A stretch of 64,000 nucleotides of DNA from Litoreibacter sp. (lineage in GTDB: Bacteria; Pseudomonadota; Alphaproteobacteria; Rhodobacterales; Rhodobacteraceae): assembly GCA_026710325.1 (NCBI GenBank), contig JAPORH010000130.1, forward strand, positions 177 through 64,176, read 5' to 3'. A model generated the notes under the pieces. It saw only the letters and a list, made by a program, of their open reading frames with translations, ran no database searches and was not told the DNA's origin. This document shows positions 19,818 to 31,074 of this stretch, in pieces (position 1 is the stretch's first letter; each line of letters opens with the position of its first letter). The position numbers and the translations under genes are program-made.

Positions 19818-20407
19818 CCGTCGGTGGTCGGCGTTGTTGGGGTCAGCGTTCCGCCCTCAGCCGCACAATGGGCGGTGAGGTCGTTATATGTGCCCACAAT
19901 CCAGGACGGCGCGTCATTGGGGATCAAACCGTCGATTGGCTCCGACATTTCGCCAACGACCCGTGCTGTCCGGCTGTCATCAACCATGGCGATAGCGGCA
20001 TCTGCTACGACACGGTCATAAATGACGAAGGCGACGATGATCAGCAAAACGCCACGCGCGACGCCGAACAGAAAACCTAACCCTTGATCGAGCCCGCCCA
20101 GCACCGAGCGCTGGACAGCGCCGGAGAAGATCGGTGTAAAGATTGACACGACAACCAAGGCGAGGGCGAACACGATTGCAAAAGCGGCGATCGTAGCTGG
20201 CTCGCAACGTTCAAGAAGCGTGTTGAGATAAGGGATTTCCTTGGCCAATGGGGTCACTTGTGGGGCGAACATGAAAGCCACGATGGCAGCGACCACCCAC
20301 CCTGCGATAGACAGGCACTCGCGCACGAAACCGCGCGAATAGGCCAGAATTGCGGAGATCACGATCACGGCCGCGGCGACGCCATCGACGATTGTGAAAC
20401 CTTCCAT
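19814..20407 (-). CDS. cvpA: CvpA family membrane protein
   Basis: RGFVRE and [14 protein letters not shown] motifs; between radA and purF. Confidence 0.9.
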   Translation of the reverse strand: MEGFTIVDGVAAAVIVISAILAYSRGFVRECLSIAGWVVAAIVAFMFAPQVTPLAKEIPYLNTLLERCEPATIAAFAIVFALALVVVSIFTPIFSGAVQRSVLGGLDQGLGFLFGVARGVLLIIVAFVIYDRVVADAAIAMVDDSRTARVVGEMSEPIDGLIPNDAPSWIVGTYNDLTAHCAAEGGTLTPTTPTTDG

Positions 20408-20438
20408 TTGCTGTCTCTCTCTTGCTCTATGGGCGCGC

Positions 20439-21803
20439 TCAGCTGGCCCCGAAAATCTCATTCACGATGGTGACCAGATCATCGGTCGCCTTCACTGTCA
20501 TACCGTCTACCTGCGGCACTTTCTTCTGAACCGGGGTAATCGCGGTGCCAAATCCAAGCTTCGACGCCTCTTTCAACCGGTTTTCCGCCTGCGTGATCGC
20601 TCTTAGCGCACCTGACAGGCTGATTTCACCAAAAACCACCGTATCGGCGGGTAAAGAATGGTCTTCGCGGGCAGACAGTAGCGCGCAGGCCACAGCCAGA
20701 TCGGCGGCAGGTTCGCTCACACGCATGCCGCCTGCCACATTCAGATAGACATCAAGCCCTGCGAATGGAATGCCGCAGCGCGCCTCCAAGACGGCTAATA
20801 TTGTCGCAAGTCGCTGCCCGTCCAATCCCACAACGGTGCGGCGCGCTTGGCTATGGGGGGAGGGGGCAACGAGCGCCTGAATTTCCGTGAGCATGGGCCG
20901 GGTGCCTTCGATGCCTGAAAACACGACCGAGCCAGGCGCCGGATTGCCGCGGTCTGACAGGAACAAGGCAGAGGGGTTTTTGACCTCAGCCAGCCCGCGG
21001 CCCGTCATCTCGAACACGCCGATCTCGTCAGCCGGGCCAAATCGGTTTTTGACCGCGCGCAGGATGCGGAATTGGTGCCCGCGCTCGCCCTCGAAATAAA
21101 GGACTGTATCGACCATATGTTCGACAACGCGCGGGCCTGCGATGGCACCTTCCTTGGTCACATGCCCAACGATCACGACGGAGCAACCACGCTTTTTGGC
21201 GAAGCTTACCAACTCATGACATGCGGCGCGGACCTGGCTGACGGAGCCGGGGGCACTGTCGACCGTATCGGCCCACATGGTTTGGATCGAGTCGATGACG
21301 ACGAGTTCAGGCCGTTCCTTGTCGAGGGTCGTCAGAATATCGCGCAGATTGGTTTCTGCAGCCAGCTTAACAGGTGAGCTTTCTAGTCCAAGTCTTTGAG
21401 CACGCATGCGAATTTGCTGTGCGGCTTCCTCGCCCGAGACATAGACGACATTCATCCCGTTACGTGCAAACCGAGCGGCGGCTTGCAGCAGAAGCGTCGA
21501 TTTGCCAATGCCGGGGTCGCCCCCCAGAAGAATAGCGGAGGCGTCGACCAGCCCGCCGCCCAGGACACGGTCCAGCTCATTCACGCCCGAGACGGTGCGC
21601 TTGGGGGGATCGTCCTTGGTTGACAGGTCTGTCAGCTCCAGCGATTTGCCGCGCGCGCCGCCCAAGGATTTTTTCGACGGGCCGGACGAGAGCGGGGCCT
21701 CCTCCACGATGGAATTCCATGCGCCGCACGCCTCGCACCGGCCGGACCATTTGCTATGGGTCGCGCCGCAAGCGGTACATGTGAATTGGGGAGCTTTTGC
21801 CAT
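20439..21803 (-). CDS. radA: DNA repair protein RadA/Sms
   Basis: C4 zinc finger, GDPGIGKST, KNRFG, Lon-like C-terminus. Confidence 0.97.
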   Translation of the reverse strand: MAKAPQFTCTACGATHSKWSGRCEACGAWNSIVEEAPLSSGPSKKSLGGARGKSLELTDLSTKDDPPKRTVSGVNELDRVLGGGLVDASAILLGGDPGIGKSTLLLQAAARFARNGMNVVYVSGEEAAQQIRMRAQRLGLESSPVKLAAETNLRDILTTLDKERPELVVIDSIQTMWADTVDSAPGSVSQVRAACHELVSFAKKRGCSVVIVGHVTKEGAIAGPRVVEHMVDTVLYFEGERGHQFRILRAVKNRFGPADEIGVFEMTGRGLAEVKNPSALFLSDRGNPAPGSVVFSGIEGTRPMLTEIQALVAPSPHSQARRTVVGLDGQRLATILAVLEARCGIPFAGLDVYLNVAGGMRVSEPAADLAVACALLSAREDHSLPADTVVFGEISLSGALRAITQAENRLKEASKLGFGTAITPVQKKVPQVDGMTVKATDDLVTIVNEIFGAS

Positions 21804-21842
21804 GGAACGCGTCTTGGCTTAGATCGTGCTGCGGAGCAAGGG

Positions 21843-22157
21843 CTAGGCGAACAGAATTGCGTTGGCGAAATAGGCGCTTGCACCGCCTAAAAGCAATTGG
21901 GTCACGGGAAGCAACTTACTCCAGCCAGGGTCCTTTACGATGGCGATGATTGCGGTGCCCATGCATGTGACCCCTGCGCTGACCATGAGGCCTAGGAGAT
22001 CATAGGTAATGCCCGCGGCGATCGTCAGGGTTGAGATCGACAAAAGCGCGTAGTTCAGGCGCAGATTGCCCTTTGTTTGGACCGTGCGGTAAATCGACCA
22101 CAACAAAGCCGCGAAAACGCAGGCTGCGAGTACGATGCCAATCAGTAGTGGAACCAT
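21843..22157 (-). CDS. Hypothetical small membrane protein
   Basis: 104 aa from MVPLLIG, about four hydrophobic segments, co-oriented with neighbours. Confidence 0.6.
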   Translation of the reverse strand: MVPLLIGIVLAACVFAALLWSIYRTVQTKGNLRLNYALLSISTLTIAAGITYDLLGLMVSAGVTCMGTAIIAIVKDPGWSKLLPVTQLLLGGASAYFANAILFA

Positions 22158-22243
22158 TGCCCTTTTCCTCAAACTGCGGGTTTGGACCCGCTTTGTTCCC
22201 GATACCATGCACAACGACGAACTCAAGCCCGTCGCGTGTCGTT

Positions 22244-22684
22244 TTATTTGGAGGAGGATTGCGGCTTTGTTAAGACCGAGCACGCGAGTGAGGCAAGAAT
22301 ACAGGCCGAGAAAAGATATAGCCCCCAACCCGTTTCTAACCGTCCGATGCCCACGCCTTTGGCAATTACGATGTATAGCGCGATCAGGAAGATATCGGCC
22401 ATCGCCAGCTTACCCAGAAGCCCGATTGGGCCTAGCCATTTGTCAGGTGCCGCTTTGAAATGTATCAGCGCGAGGCCGACGGCTTTTAGATAGGGCGCAA
22501 TCAGCGCGAACAGCGTTACGATAAGTGCAAGGAAGATATCCTTCTCCCACAAAGCAATCAGGCCAGAAATGACTGAGATCTCGGACAGGCTGAAAAACGG
22601 CAATAAGCCAGCCTTTAGCAAGGGGGCGAACCAAGAGACCGGAAAAGCAACCAAGAGGGAAAGATTTAGAAGACGTAATAACAT
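22244..22684 (-). CDS. Single-domain paraquat-inducible protein A (PqiA)-like membrane protein
   Basis: ISVISG...LW, LGKLAMADIFLIAL, GWGLYLF motifs. Confidence 0.8.
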   Translation of the reverse strand: MLLRLLNLSLLVAFPVSWFAPLLKAGLLPFFSLSEISVISGLIALWEKDIFLALIVTLFALIAPYLKAVGLALIHFKAAPDKWLGPIGLLGKLAMADIFLIALYIVIAKGVGIGRLETGWGLYLFSACILASLACSVLTKPQSSSK

Positions 22685-22686
22685 AT

Positions 22687-22725
22687 CATAAAAATAAGAA
22701 TGGCTTGCGACAAAGCGCAAGCCAT
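22687..22725 (-). terminator. Terminator-like hairpin immediately upstream of the pqiA-like start
   Basis: Perfect 10-bp stem ATGGCTTGCG/CGCAAGCCAT (22700-22725) followed on the minus strand by TCTTATTTTTAT. Confidence 0.65.
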
Positions 22726-23131
22726 CCCTATACCGTTACCTATAAACCGTCTACCACCACCTATGCCGCTTTGCAGCAACATAATCCCACTGGTTACAAG
22801 GAAGCTCGCAGCTTGCTTTTGGGGTGAGGTGTCGGCGGACTTGCAGCGAAATCGTAAGCTGCCCTCGATATTAAGAAAAGCTGTTGGCTACGTTTAATAA
22901 GATCATGATAGGCGATAAATCGCCGGTTGCGAACCGTAAATTTGGCAAAAATGGGGCGATTTCTTACCTTGATTTTTGCGAAAAGGCGCCAAAATGGCTT
23001 ATTGTTTCCGCAGTGTATACAATAGGAGCGACATTAAGGGTGGCATTGTCGTGCGTACCGAATTTATGCAGAGTGATTCTCTTTTTCTTAACCTTTATCG
23101 CTCTAGGGTGCGACTCAGCGAAATGTTCTGC

Positions 23132-23878
23132 CTATCTGATAGCTTCAATCGGCCCCTCAGCCGAGCCTGAAACAAATTGGGTAAGATAGGGATCATCCGC
23201 GTTTTCCATCTCCGAAACGGGTCCTGACCATTGAATTATGCCGCCATGCAGCATGGCCACTTTGTCCGCGATTGTGCGTACGCTGGACATGTCATGGGTG
23301 ATCGTCATTGTGGTTGCACCCATCTCGACCACGATCTCTCGGATCAAATCATTGATCACGCCCGACATGATCGGGTCGAGCCCGGTGGTTGGCTCATCAA
23401 AGAAAATGATCTCCGGCTCTGCGGCGATGGCACGGGCGAGGCCTACGCGTTTTTGCATACCCCCCGATAGTTCGGCAGGGTAGCGGTCCGCAACATCAGG
23501 TTTTAGGCCGACGCGACGCAGCTTTTCGATGGCGATCTCTCGCGCTTCTTCCTTGGGTCGTTTCAAAGCGCCGCGCATGAGCCGGAACGCAACATTCTGC
23601 CAGACAGGCAGGGAGTCAAAGAGCGCGCCGCCCTGAAACAACATGCCAAAGCGCGCAAGAAACGCGTCTCGGTCGCCCTTGGTGGCGTCCTGGCCATCAA
23701 CGGTGATCAGCCCCGCATCAGGCGTCACGAGGCCCAGAACCGATTTAATCAAGATCGACTTTCCCGTCCCAGAACCACCAATCACCACCATACTTTCGCC
23801 TTTGGGCACATGCAGGTTGATGTCGCGCAACACATGGTTCGATCCGAACGACTTTTTGACATGTTCCAGCGTGATCAT
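23132..23878 (-). CDS. mlaF: ABC transporter ATP-binding protein (MlaF-like)
   Basis: GGSGTGKS, LFQGGALFDSL, LSGGMQKRV, DEPTTGLDP. Confidence 0.88.
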   Translation of the reverse strand: MITLEHVKKSFGSNHVLRDINLHVPKGESMVVIGGSGTGKSILIKSVLGLVTPDAGLITVDGQDATKGDRDAFLARFGMLFQGGALFDSLPVWQNVAFRLMRGALKRPKEEAREIAIEKLRRVGLKPDVADRYPAELSGGMQKRVGLARAIAAEPEIIFFDEPTTGLDPIMSGVINDLIREIVVEMGATTMTITHDMSSVRTIADKVAMLHGGIIQWSGPVSEMENADDPYLTQFVSGSAEGPIEAIR

Positions 23879-24648
23879 GCGGCAAAGAATATCCCGGTGA
23901 AAATGAAATTGGCCGCAAGGATCAAGATAGCCGCGGCTTGAACTGACGCTTTGGTAGCCGCCCCCACGCCTTGCGCGCCGCGCCCCGAATGCATGCCGTA
24001 ATAGCAGCCCATCAGAGCGGCGATGACCCCGAACACCGCGCCTTTGGCGAGGCTTGAGAAAATGTCGGAGCTTTGCAAGAAATCAGCCGTGTTTTGCAGA
24101 TAGGCAGCTTCGTTGAACCCAAGCGTCTTGGTCGCGACCAGAAAGCCGCCCATGATGCCAATGACGTCGCCGACGCCTGTCAGGAAGGGCACAACCAAAA
24201 AGGCTGCGAGGACGCGCGGCACGGTCAGGTATTTCATCGGATGGGTGGATAGCGTGACGAGCGCGTCGATCTGCTCCGTCACTTTCATTGTCGCAATTTC
24301 GGCGGCGATGGAGGAGGTCACCCGCGCGGCGATCATCAGGCCCACTAATACAGGCCCCAGCTCCCGCACCATGCCGATGGCCACGATTTGCGGCACGACG
24401 GCCTCTGCGTTGAATCGCGCGCCGCCCGCGTAGATTTGCAAGGCGAGCGCTCCCCCGGTGAAGATCGTCGTCAGTCCGACCACGGGAAGAGAGAAGTAGC
24501 CGACTTGCAGGACCTGCTGCCCAAACTCTTTGAAATAGAAGGGCGGGCGGAACAGGTGGCTCAGCGTTTCGCCCGCAAAAATGGCGATCCGTCCGATTGA
24601 GGCCAGAAACGCCAGCGTCGCGGCGCCGATAGCGGCAAGCCAGCTCAT
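23875..24648 (-). CDS. mlaE: ABC transporter permease (MlaE family)
   Basis: [30 protein letters not shown]. Confidence 0.9.
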   Translation of the reverse strand: MSWLAAIGAATLAFLASIGRIAIFAGETLSHLFRPPFYFKEFGQQVLQVGYFSLPVVGLTTIFTGGALALQIYAGGARFNAEAVVPQIVAIGMVRELGPVLVGLMIAARVTSSIAAEIATMKVTEQIDALVTLSTHPMKYLTVPRVLAAFLVVPFLTGVGDVIGIMGGFLVATKTLGFNEAAYLQNTADFLQSSDIFSSLAKGAVFGVIAALMGCYYGMHSGRGAQGVGAATKASVQAAAILILAANFIFTGIFFAA

Positions 24649-25664
24649 AGAACAATCCGGTTATAGCGTTGGCCAAGCGAAGTCAGAATTTCATAGCCAA
24701 TCGTGCCTGCAACATCAGCCAGTTGGTCGACCGATTGATGAGGGCCAAGGAGCCGCAGTGTATCTGGAACGTCGTCCACGTCTGTGACATCGACAGTGAG
24801 CAAATCCATCGAGACCCGGCCGGCAAGCTGGCAGGGTGTGCCGTCAGCGAACAACGTCGCTTTGCCGGACATAGCGCGGATCAGACCGTCAGCGTAACCG
24901 GCGGACACGGTCGCTATCTTGGTTTCGCGCTCGGCCACGAAGGCACAGCCATAACCGGCGCTTTCGCCTTTTTGTAGAACCCGGGTTTGGATGACCGGCA
25001 AATCCAACGTGACGACAGTCTTCGCATTTTCGAAAGGCAGCCCGCCATAGAGGCCGACGCCCGGACGGGTGAGGTCGAAATGGTAGTCTTCGCCCAAGAG
25101 GATGCCACCGGTCGCAGCAAGGGAGCGCGGTACCGTCAGCCCATCTGTCATCTGACGAAAACTGTTGAGCTGCGCCGCGTTGGCGGGGTGATCGGGCTCA
25201 TCAGCGCAGGCCAGATGGGACATGACAAGTGTCGCACCGTTTGCCATTTCAGGCTGCCAGTCATAGGGCTCGATGCCCAAGCGGTTCATGCCAGTATCGA
25301 GTTGCAGCCCAAAGCTATGGCCAGGCAGGCTGTCTTGGTGGCGTGCCACTTGCTCAGGAGAGTTCAGCATCGGGACAAGGTTGGCATCACGCAAATGCGC
25401 AGTATCGCCTTCCATATGTCCGGAGAACACGTTGATTTCCGGACCGGGACCCAGAGCCGCACGCAATGCTACGCCTTCTTTCGCAACCGCCACAAAAAAA
25501 TTTCGCGCTCCGGCCTTGGCAAAGGTATTCGCCGCAAGAGCTACGCCCAACCCATACCCGTCAGCCTTCACCACGGCCGCTGTCTCCGCCGTGCTTTTTG
25601 CATCCAGCGCGCGCCAGTTCGCTGCCAGCGCCGCCGTGTCGATTGTGAGCGTTCCTGTTCCCAT
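24645..25664 (-). CDS. alr: Alanine racemase
   Basis: [49 protein letters not shown]. Confidence 0.96.
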   Translation of the reverse strand: MGTGTLTIDTAALAANWRALDAKSTAETAAVVKADGYGLGVALAANTFAKAGARNFFVAVAKEGVALRAALGPGPEINVFSGHMEGDTAHLRDANLVPMLNSPEQVARHQDSLPGHSFGLQLDTGMNRLGIEPYDWQPEMANGATLVMSHLACADEPDHPANAAQLNSFRQMTDGLTVPRSLAATGGILLGEDYHFDLTRPGVGLYGGLPFENAKTVVTLDLPVIQTRVLQKGESAGYGCAFVAERETKIATVSAGYADGLIRAMSGKATLFADGTPCQLAGRVSMDLLTVDVTDVDDVPDTLRLLGPHQSVDQLADVAGTIGYEILTSLGQRYNRIVL

Positions 25665-25719
25665 GGCGTTTGGGTGAAACATGGGGGCGGGCGCGTCAAG
25701 CGCTTTTGCGCGGGAGGCG

Positions 25720-28700
25720 TTATTCGGCGGCGCGCAGCGGCGGTTGCGTGCCTTTGGGCGTGTTATCCGATGGCTTCAACTTCTCCAGCATTTCGCCCGC
25801 TTTTTCCAACTTGCGCTTTGCCGCCTCGAGCGTGCTGTCTGCTTCCTCCAGCGTGTCTGTGGCCGTCTCCGGTTCATCCTCTGACCAGAGCAAAATCGGA
25901 TCGCGCACCTTGGCGGCCTGACGCCGCAAGAGCAGGTCATGGCGAGAGCGGGAGTTGCGCGACGCGAGCGCAGTCAACCCTTTGACCGATGCATAGGCGC
26001 CAAGCGAAATCCAGACCCGCAACGCAAGCAGTGCAGGCGTGAATACGAGCGTTAACACGGTCGCGATGCCGAGGCCGAAGACGACCGCCGTCGCCAGTTG
26101 CTTCCACCACAAGGCGGTCGGGCTGTCGACGGAATAGCCGCCACCAAAGAAGTCGAGTGAGAGGCCAAACATCAACGGTGCAAGGCCCGCCATCGTGGTG
26201 ATCGTGGTTAGAAGCACGGGCCGGATACGGGCCTCCGCCGTGCGAATGATCGCCTCGATCCGCGGCATGTAACGCGAGTATTCCTGATAGGTGTCGATCA
26301 GGACGATGTTGTTGTTCACCACGATCCCTGCGAGCGCCACGATGCCAGTCCCGGTCATGATGATCGAGAATTTCTGGTCCATCACCAGCATGCCGATCAA
26401 TACGCCTGCGGTGGACAGAACGACTGCCAGCAAGACCAACCCGGAATTATAGAAGCTGTTGAATTGCGCTAGCAGGATCACGAACATCAAACCTAAGGCC
26501 GCAGCGAATGCAGACGACAGGAAAGCCTGGCTTTCAGCCTGTTCCTCTGTGTCGCCCGCCCATTCATAGCTCAGCGATGGCGGCAGCGGGTTCTCGCTCT
26601 CAATCCATTCGGTCAGATGGGCAATGCGTTCATTTGGATCTATGACAGCGATGTTGTAGTCGCCCGCCTCAAACTTCTCTGCGACCTCTGCTTCGCTCAC
26701 GTCGCCAGTAATTTCGAGAATGTCGAAGCGTTCACCCTCTGAATTCTCCAACGCGCCGGAGGGGGTCGCTTTCAATACGGCGACTGACGCTTCGTCCTCA
26801 ACCAGTTTGATAAGCCCCGGCGCAACATCTGCCTTCACATCGAAATAGCGCGACTGGTCGACACGGTCGATCTGGCCCAGCTTCTGCACGGGTGTGCGGG
26901 TGATGAAGTTGGACAGCGGGATCAGCCCGTTATTGGTTCGCACCTTGAGGTTGTCGAGCGTGGAGAGAACGCGCGCTTCCTCAGGCAGGCGGACGCGGAT
27001 TTCGATTTCCTCATCCGAGCTGTCGACGCGCATCGTGTCGAGAAGTAGCCCACGCGTGACCAGTTGCACCATTGCGCCCACGGTGGCGACATTGGCGCCG
27101 TAGCGGCCTGCGGCCTCGACATCGACGTCGATCTGCCAGTCAATGCCGGGCAGGGGCAGTGTGTCTTCGATCTGGATGAGGCCTGGAACGGTTTCGAAAT
27201 GGGCGCGGGCGATGTGTGTGGCCTCCCGCAGGTCATCCCAATTGTCGCTTTTCAAACGAAGATTGACCGGCTTGCCAGAGGACGGCCCGCGGTCTTGGCT
27301 AAGGATCTCGGTCTTGATGCCGGGGATTGCATCGAGTTTGAGTTGCAAATCGTCGAGCACCCGCGTCCCTGTCCATTCCGGCGCGACCACGTCGCGGTAA
27401 ACCGTGAACAGGCCAAAGGGTTCGAACCATGGCTCGCTGACGGTTGGGCGGTCGTCCCAATCTGCAAGTTCGATTTGGACCTGCCCAATCGTGTCGAGTG
27501 GTCCCGACGCGCCACCATTGTTAGTGTTCAGCCCGCCGCCGCCGGCAAAGGCGAAAACGGAAACGATGCCATTGGTTGAAATCGCGGCCTGCTCCACATC
27601 GGCAACCATGGCATCTTTTTCGGCAAGCGACAGGTTGCCCCGCGCCTGGACGTAAATGATGGCTTGCTCGGTCTCGGATTCGACGAAGAACTCGACCCCG
27701 TTATTGTTGGCGCCGAAATAGCTGAAAGTGGTGATCACGAAGAACACGACACCCGCGATGACGGCCAAAGGCATGATTGGGTTGCCTGCGATCAGGGCGG
27801 TGAAGCGACCAAACAGCGACCGTCGGTAGCCAGCATAAATGCGGTCTTGGCTTTTTTTCTTCCAAATTGCGCTTAAAGCGACAGAAACAAACATTGCAGC
27901 TAGTGTGAAGCAAAGCCCCTGTACGAAAGCGCGGGCAATTGTGGCCAGCCTACCGTCGCCCCAGGCGCTCAGCTCGAAAAGATAGTCTGAATTGAGCACC
28001 TGCATCGCCGCAAAGAAAAGAGAGACCAGCGAAAGCAAAGCAATCGGAATTTTGAGGAACCAGCTCCAAGTTCGCAAATTGTTCGACATGCGCTCAAGAA
28101 CACGGCTGATCCGTGCCGACACCCCACCCATGACTGGCAGGTATATCAAAGCCACGATCAGCGAAGCCGAGAGAACAAAAATCAGTGTAACAGGAAGCAT
28201 GCCCATGAATTCGCCGGGTACCCCCGGCCAGAAGAGCATGGGCAAAAACGCGCAGAGCGTAGTCGCCGTCGATGAGATCACCGGCCAGAACATGCGTTTC
28301 GCAGCGTCGGTGTAGGCCTCCATTGGTCCTGCACCTTCGGCCATGCGTTTCTCGGAGTATTCGACGACCACGATGGCGCCATCGACCAACATGCCGACGG
28401 CAAGAATGAGCCCGAACATAACAATGTTGGAAACGGCGATGCCCATAACGCCGAGCAAGATGAAGCAAAGCAAGAAAGAGGTCGGTATCGCGAAGCCAAC
28501 AACGATAGCGGAGCGTATTCCCAGCGAGGCCAGAACGACAATCATCACAAGTAGAATAGCGGTTAGCACCGAGCCCTCTAACTGATCGACCATGTTTTCG
28601 ACCTGTTTGGACTGGTCCAAGGTCACATCAACGCGGATCGCATCTTGCAGCTCATCGGGCCAGCGCGCTTGCTCGGCGGCAACGGTCTCGCGCACGAGAG

Positions 28701-29586
28701 CGGATGTCTCGATGATATTGAAGCCTTTGCGCTTCACGACCTGAAGCGCCACTGTGTCTTCCCCGTTGAAACGGGCGGTGCCTTCGCGGTCCTCAAATGT
28801 TAGGCGGATTTGGGCAAGCTCGCCAAGCGTGACGATCCTATCGCCATTGACCTTTACGGGCAGGTCATAAATGTCGCGTGGCTCGTCAAAGCTGGACGGG
28901 ATCTTGACCGAGAACGCACCTTGTTCGGTGTCCACCTCCCCTGCGGCAATCAGCAGGTTGTTGTTGGAGACAACGTTGATCAGTTCATTGGCGGTGACAT
29001 TGTAGGCTTCCAGTGCGAGCGGGTCGATAATGACCTCCAGCATCTCGTCCCGATTGCCTGCAATGCCTGCTTCCAGAACTGGGGGCAGCCCTTCCAGAAC
29101 GTCCTGCAAGTCCTTGGTCACACGCAACAAAGTGCGCTCAGGCAGGTCACCCGATAGGGAAACGATCAGGATCGGGAATTCGGAGAAATTCACCTCTTCA
29201 ATTGTGTATTGCTCTGCGCCTGCTGGGAACTCGGCCTCCGCCTGGTTCATTCTGTCACGGACATCCGCCAGGATTTGGGTCTTGTCCCAACCAAACTCGA
29301 ACTCCATGACAATATTGGCGTAGTTTTCTGCAGCCGTGCCCAAGATCGACTTCAGCCCATCGAGGTCTTGAAGCTTGGCCTCCATCGGCTTGACGAGCAG
29401 CTTCTCGCTATCCTCGGCAGAGATGCCGGGGAAGGGGAGCGATACGACAAGGATCGGGATTTCGATATCCGGCTCACCTTCTTTGGGCAGGCCCGTGTAA
29501 GCAAATGCGCCAATCACCACCGACATAGTGATGAAGGCGATGATCATCCGGGCGCGGGCGCCCGCCCAATCGACAAGACCTTTCAT
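25720..29586 (-). CDS. RND efflux transporter permease (AcrB/D/F family), 1288 aa
   Basis: [36 protein letters not shown]; two periplasmic loops. Confidence 0.93.
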   Translation of the reverse strand: MKGLVDWAGARARMIIAFITMSVVIGAFAYTGLPKEGEPDIEIPILVVSLPFPGISAEDSEKLLVKPMEAKLQDLDGLKSILGTAAENYANIVMEFEFGWDKTQILADVRDRMNQAEAEFPAGAEQYTIEEVNFSEFPILIVSLSGDLPERTLLRVTKDLQDVLEGLPPVLEAGIAGNRDEMLEVIIDPLALEAYNVTANELINVVSNNNLLIAAGEVDTEQGAFSVKIPSSFDEPRDIYDLPVKVNGDRIVTLGELAQIRLTFEDREGTARFNGEDTVALQVVKRKGFNIIETSALVRETVAAEQARWPDELQDAIRVDVTLDQSKQVENMVDQLEGSVLTAILLVMIVVLASLGIRSAIVVGFAIPTSFLLCFILLGVMGIAVSNIVMFGLILAVGMLVDGAIVVVEYSEKRMAEGAGPMEAYTDAAKRMFWPVISSTATTLCAFLPMLFWPGVPGEFMGMLPVTLIFVLSASLIVALIYLPVMGGVSARISRVLERMSNNLRTWSWFLKIPIALLSLVSLFFAAMQVLNSDYLFELSAWGDGRLATIARAFVQGLCFTLAAMFVSVALSAIWKKKSQDRIYAGYRRSLFGRFTALIAGNPIMPLAVIAGVVFFVITTFSYFGANNNGVEFFVESETEQAIIYVQARGNLSLAEKDAMVADVEQAAISTNGIVSVFAFAGGGGLNTNNGGASGPLDTIGQVQIELADWDDRPTVSEPWFEPFGLFTVYRDVVAPEWTGTRVLDDLQLKLDAIPGIKTEILSQDRGPSSGKPVNLRLKSDNWDDLREATHIARAHFETVPGLIQIEDTLPLPGIDWQIDVDVEAAGRYGANVATVGAMVQLVTRGLLLDTMRVDSSDEEIEIRVRLPEEARVLSTLDNLKVRTNNGLIPLSNFITRTPVQKLGQIDRVDQSRYFDVKADVAPGLIKLVEDEASVAVLKATPSGALENSEGERFDILEITGDVSEAEVAEKFEAGDYNIAVIDPNERIAHLTEWIESENPLPPSLSYEWAGDTEEQAESQAFLSSAFAAALGLMFVILLAQFNSFYNSGLVLLAVVLSTAGVLIGMLVMDQKFSIIMTGTGIVALAGIVVNNNIVLIDTYQEYSRYMPRIEAIIRTAEARIRPVLLTTITTMAGLAPLMFGLSLDFFGGGYSVDSPTALWWKQLATAVVFGLGIATVLTLVFTPALLALRVWISLGAYASVKGLTALASRNSRSRHDLLLRRQAAKVRDPILLWSEDEPETATDTLEEADSTLEAAKRKLEKAGEMLEKLKPSDNTPKGTQPPLRAAE

Positions 29587-30821
29587 CCTGCGGCCTCCCG
29601 GTAGGTGATATCGATCGCGACACCGTCGATCACGTATTCCTGACCTACGACAATGACATCTGCAGCCGCTGGTAACCCGTCCAACCAGACGCCATCCACC
29701 GTGTCGCGCAAGATGCGCACAGGAGCGAAGGCCGCTTTGTTGTCTCGTGCCAGTCGCACGCCAAGTTCACCTTCATCATTTAGGGTCAGCGCTGAGGCAG
29801 GCAGCAAATGCGCCATAGTCCCCTCAGAGGCGATCAGGATTTCTGCTGTTTGGCCGTCGCGGATGGAAAGGTCTGCGTTTGGCACCGAAAGCTCTACCCG
29901 GAACGTGCGCGTTTCCATGTCGGAGGAGCGGGAGACAAAGGTGACTTCGCCAATCACTTCACGGCCAGAAATCAGCCGCGCACCGGCCTGCGCGCCCACT
30001 TCAATCTTGGAGACATCGTTCTCGGGCACGAAACCCACAAGTTTGATCGGATCGAGCTGAATAATCGTAGCGCAGGAGGAACCGGGCTGAAGCAACGCGC
30101 CCAATTCGGCCGTATCGGTCTCAAGCAGGCCCGAAAACGGAGCGAGCACGTTCAGGCGTTCGATTTCTTTCTTGGCTGACGCGACTGCGGCTTGCGCCGA
30201 TTTCACGCCAGCTTCGGCCGCCTGAACACCAGCTTTTGCGGATTCAACTGCGGCTTCGGCCGCTGTCAATGCCGCACGGGCGCTTGCCACACGTGTCGTC
30301 GACGCAAAGCCATCTTTCGACAGCTGCTCCGCTGCGTTGTCATTGATCCGAGCTTCTTCCAGACGCGATGCAGCTTCGGCCAGACGCCCTTCGGCCTCTG
30401 GGATGCGCGCAGCTGCTTCAGGGACACGCGCTTCGGCCTCTGCCAGTGCGGTTTCCCGCGTGCCTTGGTCGATGGCGCACATCAACTGCCCGGCTTCGAC
30501 ATAGGCACCTTTGCGCAGCGGCTCTGAGATGACGAGGCCGGAGGTTTCTGCTCGTACATCAATTTGTCGTGCGGCCTCTGTGCGCCCTCGCAGCAAAACG
30601 GTGCTGTCAATCTCGCGCGCCTCAGATTTCACGGCGACGACAGAGACGACTCGTTCCTCGGTCTCATTTTCTGGCTCTTCAACAGCAGCGACGGGCGTTT
30701 CTTCCGTCGTCTCGGGGCTTGCGTCGCCAGCTGCGAAATCAAGCAACCTGTCACGCTCGAACACCAATAAATACAGGGCGGTTGCCACGATGGCGGCTAT
30801 GAAAACTGGGACTATTCGCAT
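29583..30821 (-). CDS. RND efflux periplasmic adaptor (membrane fusion protein)
   Basis: N-terminal TM, lipoyl halves around an Ala-rich helical hairpin (VRAETSG...APFSG), TRTFRVE, VIVVGQEYV. Confidence 0.92.
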   Translation of the reverse strand: MRIVPVFIAAIVATALYLLVFERDRLLDFAAGDASPETTEETPVAAVEEPENETEERVVSVVAVKSEAREIDSTVLLRGRTEAARQIDVRAETSGLVISEPLRKGAYVEAGQLMCAIDQGTRETALAEAEARVPEAAARIPEAEGRLAEAASRLEEARINDNAAEQLSKDGFASTTRVASARAALTAAEAAVESAKAGVQAAEAGVKSAQAAVASAKKEIERLNVLAPFSGLLETDTAELGALLQPGSSCATIIQLDPIKLVGFVPENDVSKIEVGAQAGARLISGREVIGEVTFVSRSSDMETRTFRVELSVPNADLSIRDGQTAEILIASEGTMAHLLPASALTLNDEGELGVRLARDNKAAFAPVRILRDTVDGVWLDGLPAAADVIVVGQEYVIDGVAIDITYREAAG

Positions 30822-30909
30822 CTTCGTTTTTCCCTGCGGCTAAGGCTCAAAAATTTGACCACGCCTTGGGGCTCTGCGCCCCTTATTTCACTGTCTAGTT
30901 TGCATTACG

Positions 30910-30927
30910 CTAAACTGACCGGTTTAG
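30910..30927. promoter_or_regulatory. Palindromic operator candidate upstream of the RND operon
   Basis: CTAAAC-TGACCG-GTTTAG in the divergent promoter region. Confidence 0.4.
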
Positions 30928-31074
30928 ATTACTTTTTTCATGCCGCAGGTGCAAGATGCCTTGCTGTCGCGCTCCCTAAATTGGCGCACATCTGCTGTGC
31001 GGCCCCCTTGTTCAGCAGTGGCCCTTCGGGTTAAGAGGCAATCCAATCGAATGCGAGCTTGCCGAGAGGGCGCT

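Noticed and set aside
22960-23000. Sigma-54 promoter-like TGGCGCC...GC on the minus strand
   Set aside because: GG-to-GC spacing is 9 nt, not the required 10.
22884-23189. Plus-strand ORFs (101 aa and 64 aa) in the mlaF/pqiA spacer
   Set aside because: Overlap the mlaF 3' end, no family motifs, no convincing RBS or terminator on that strand.
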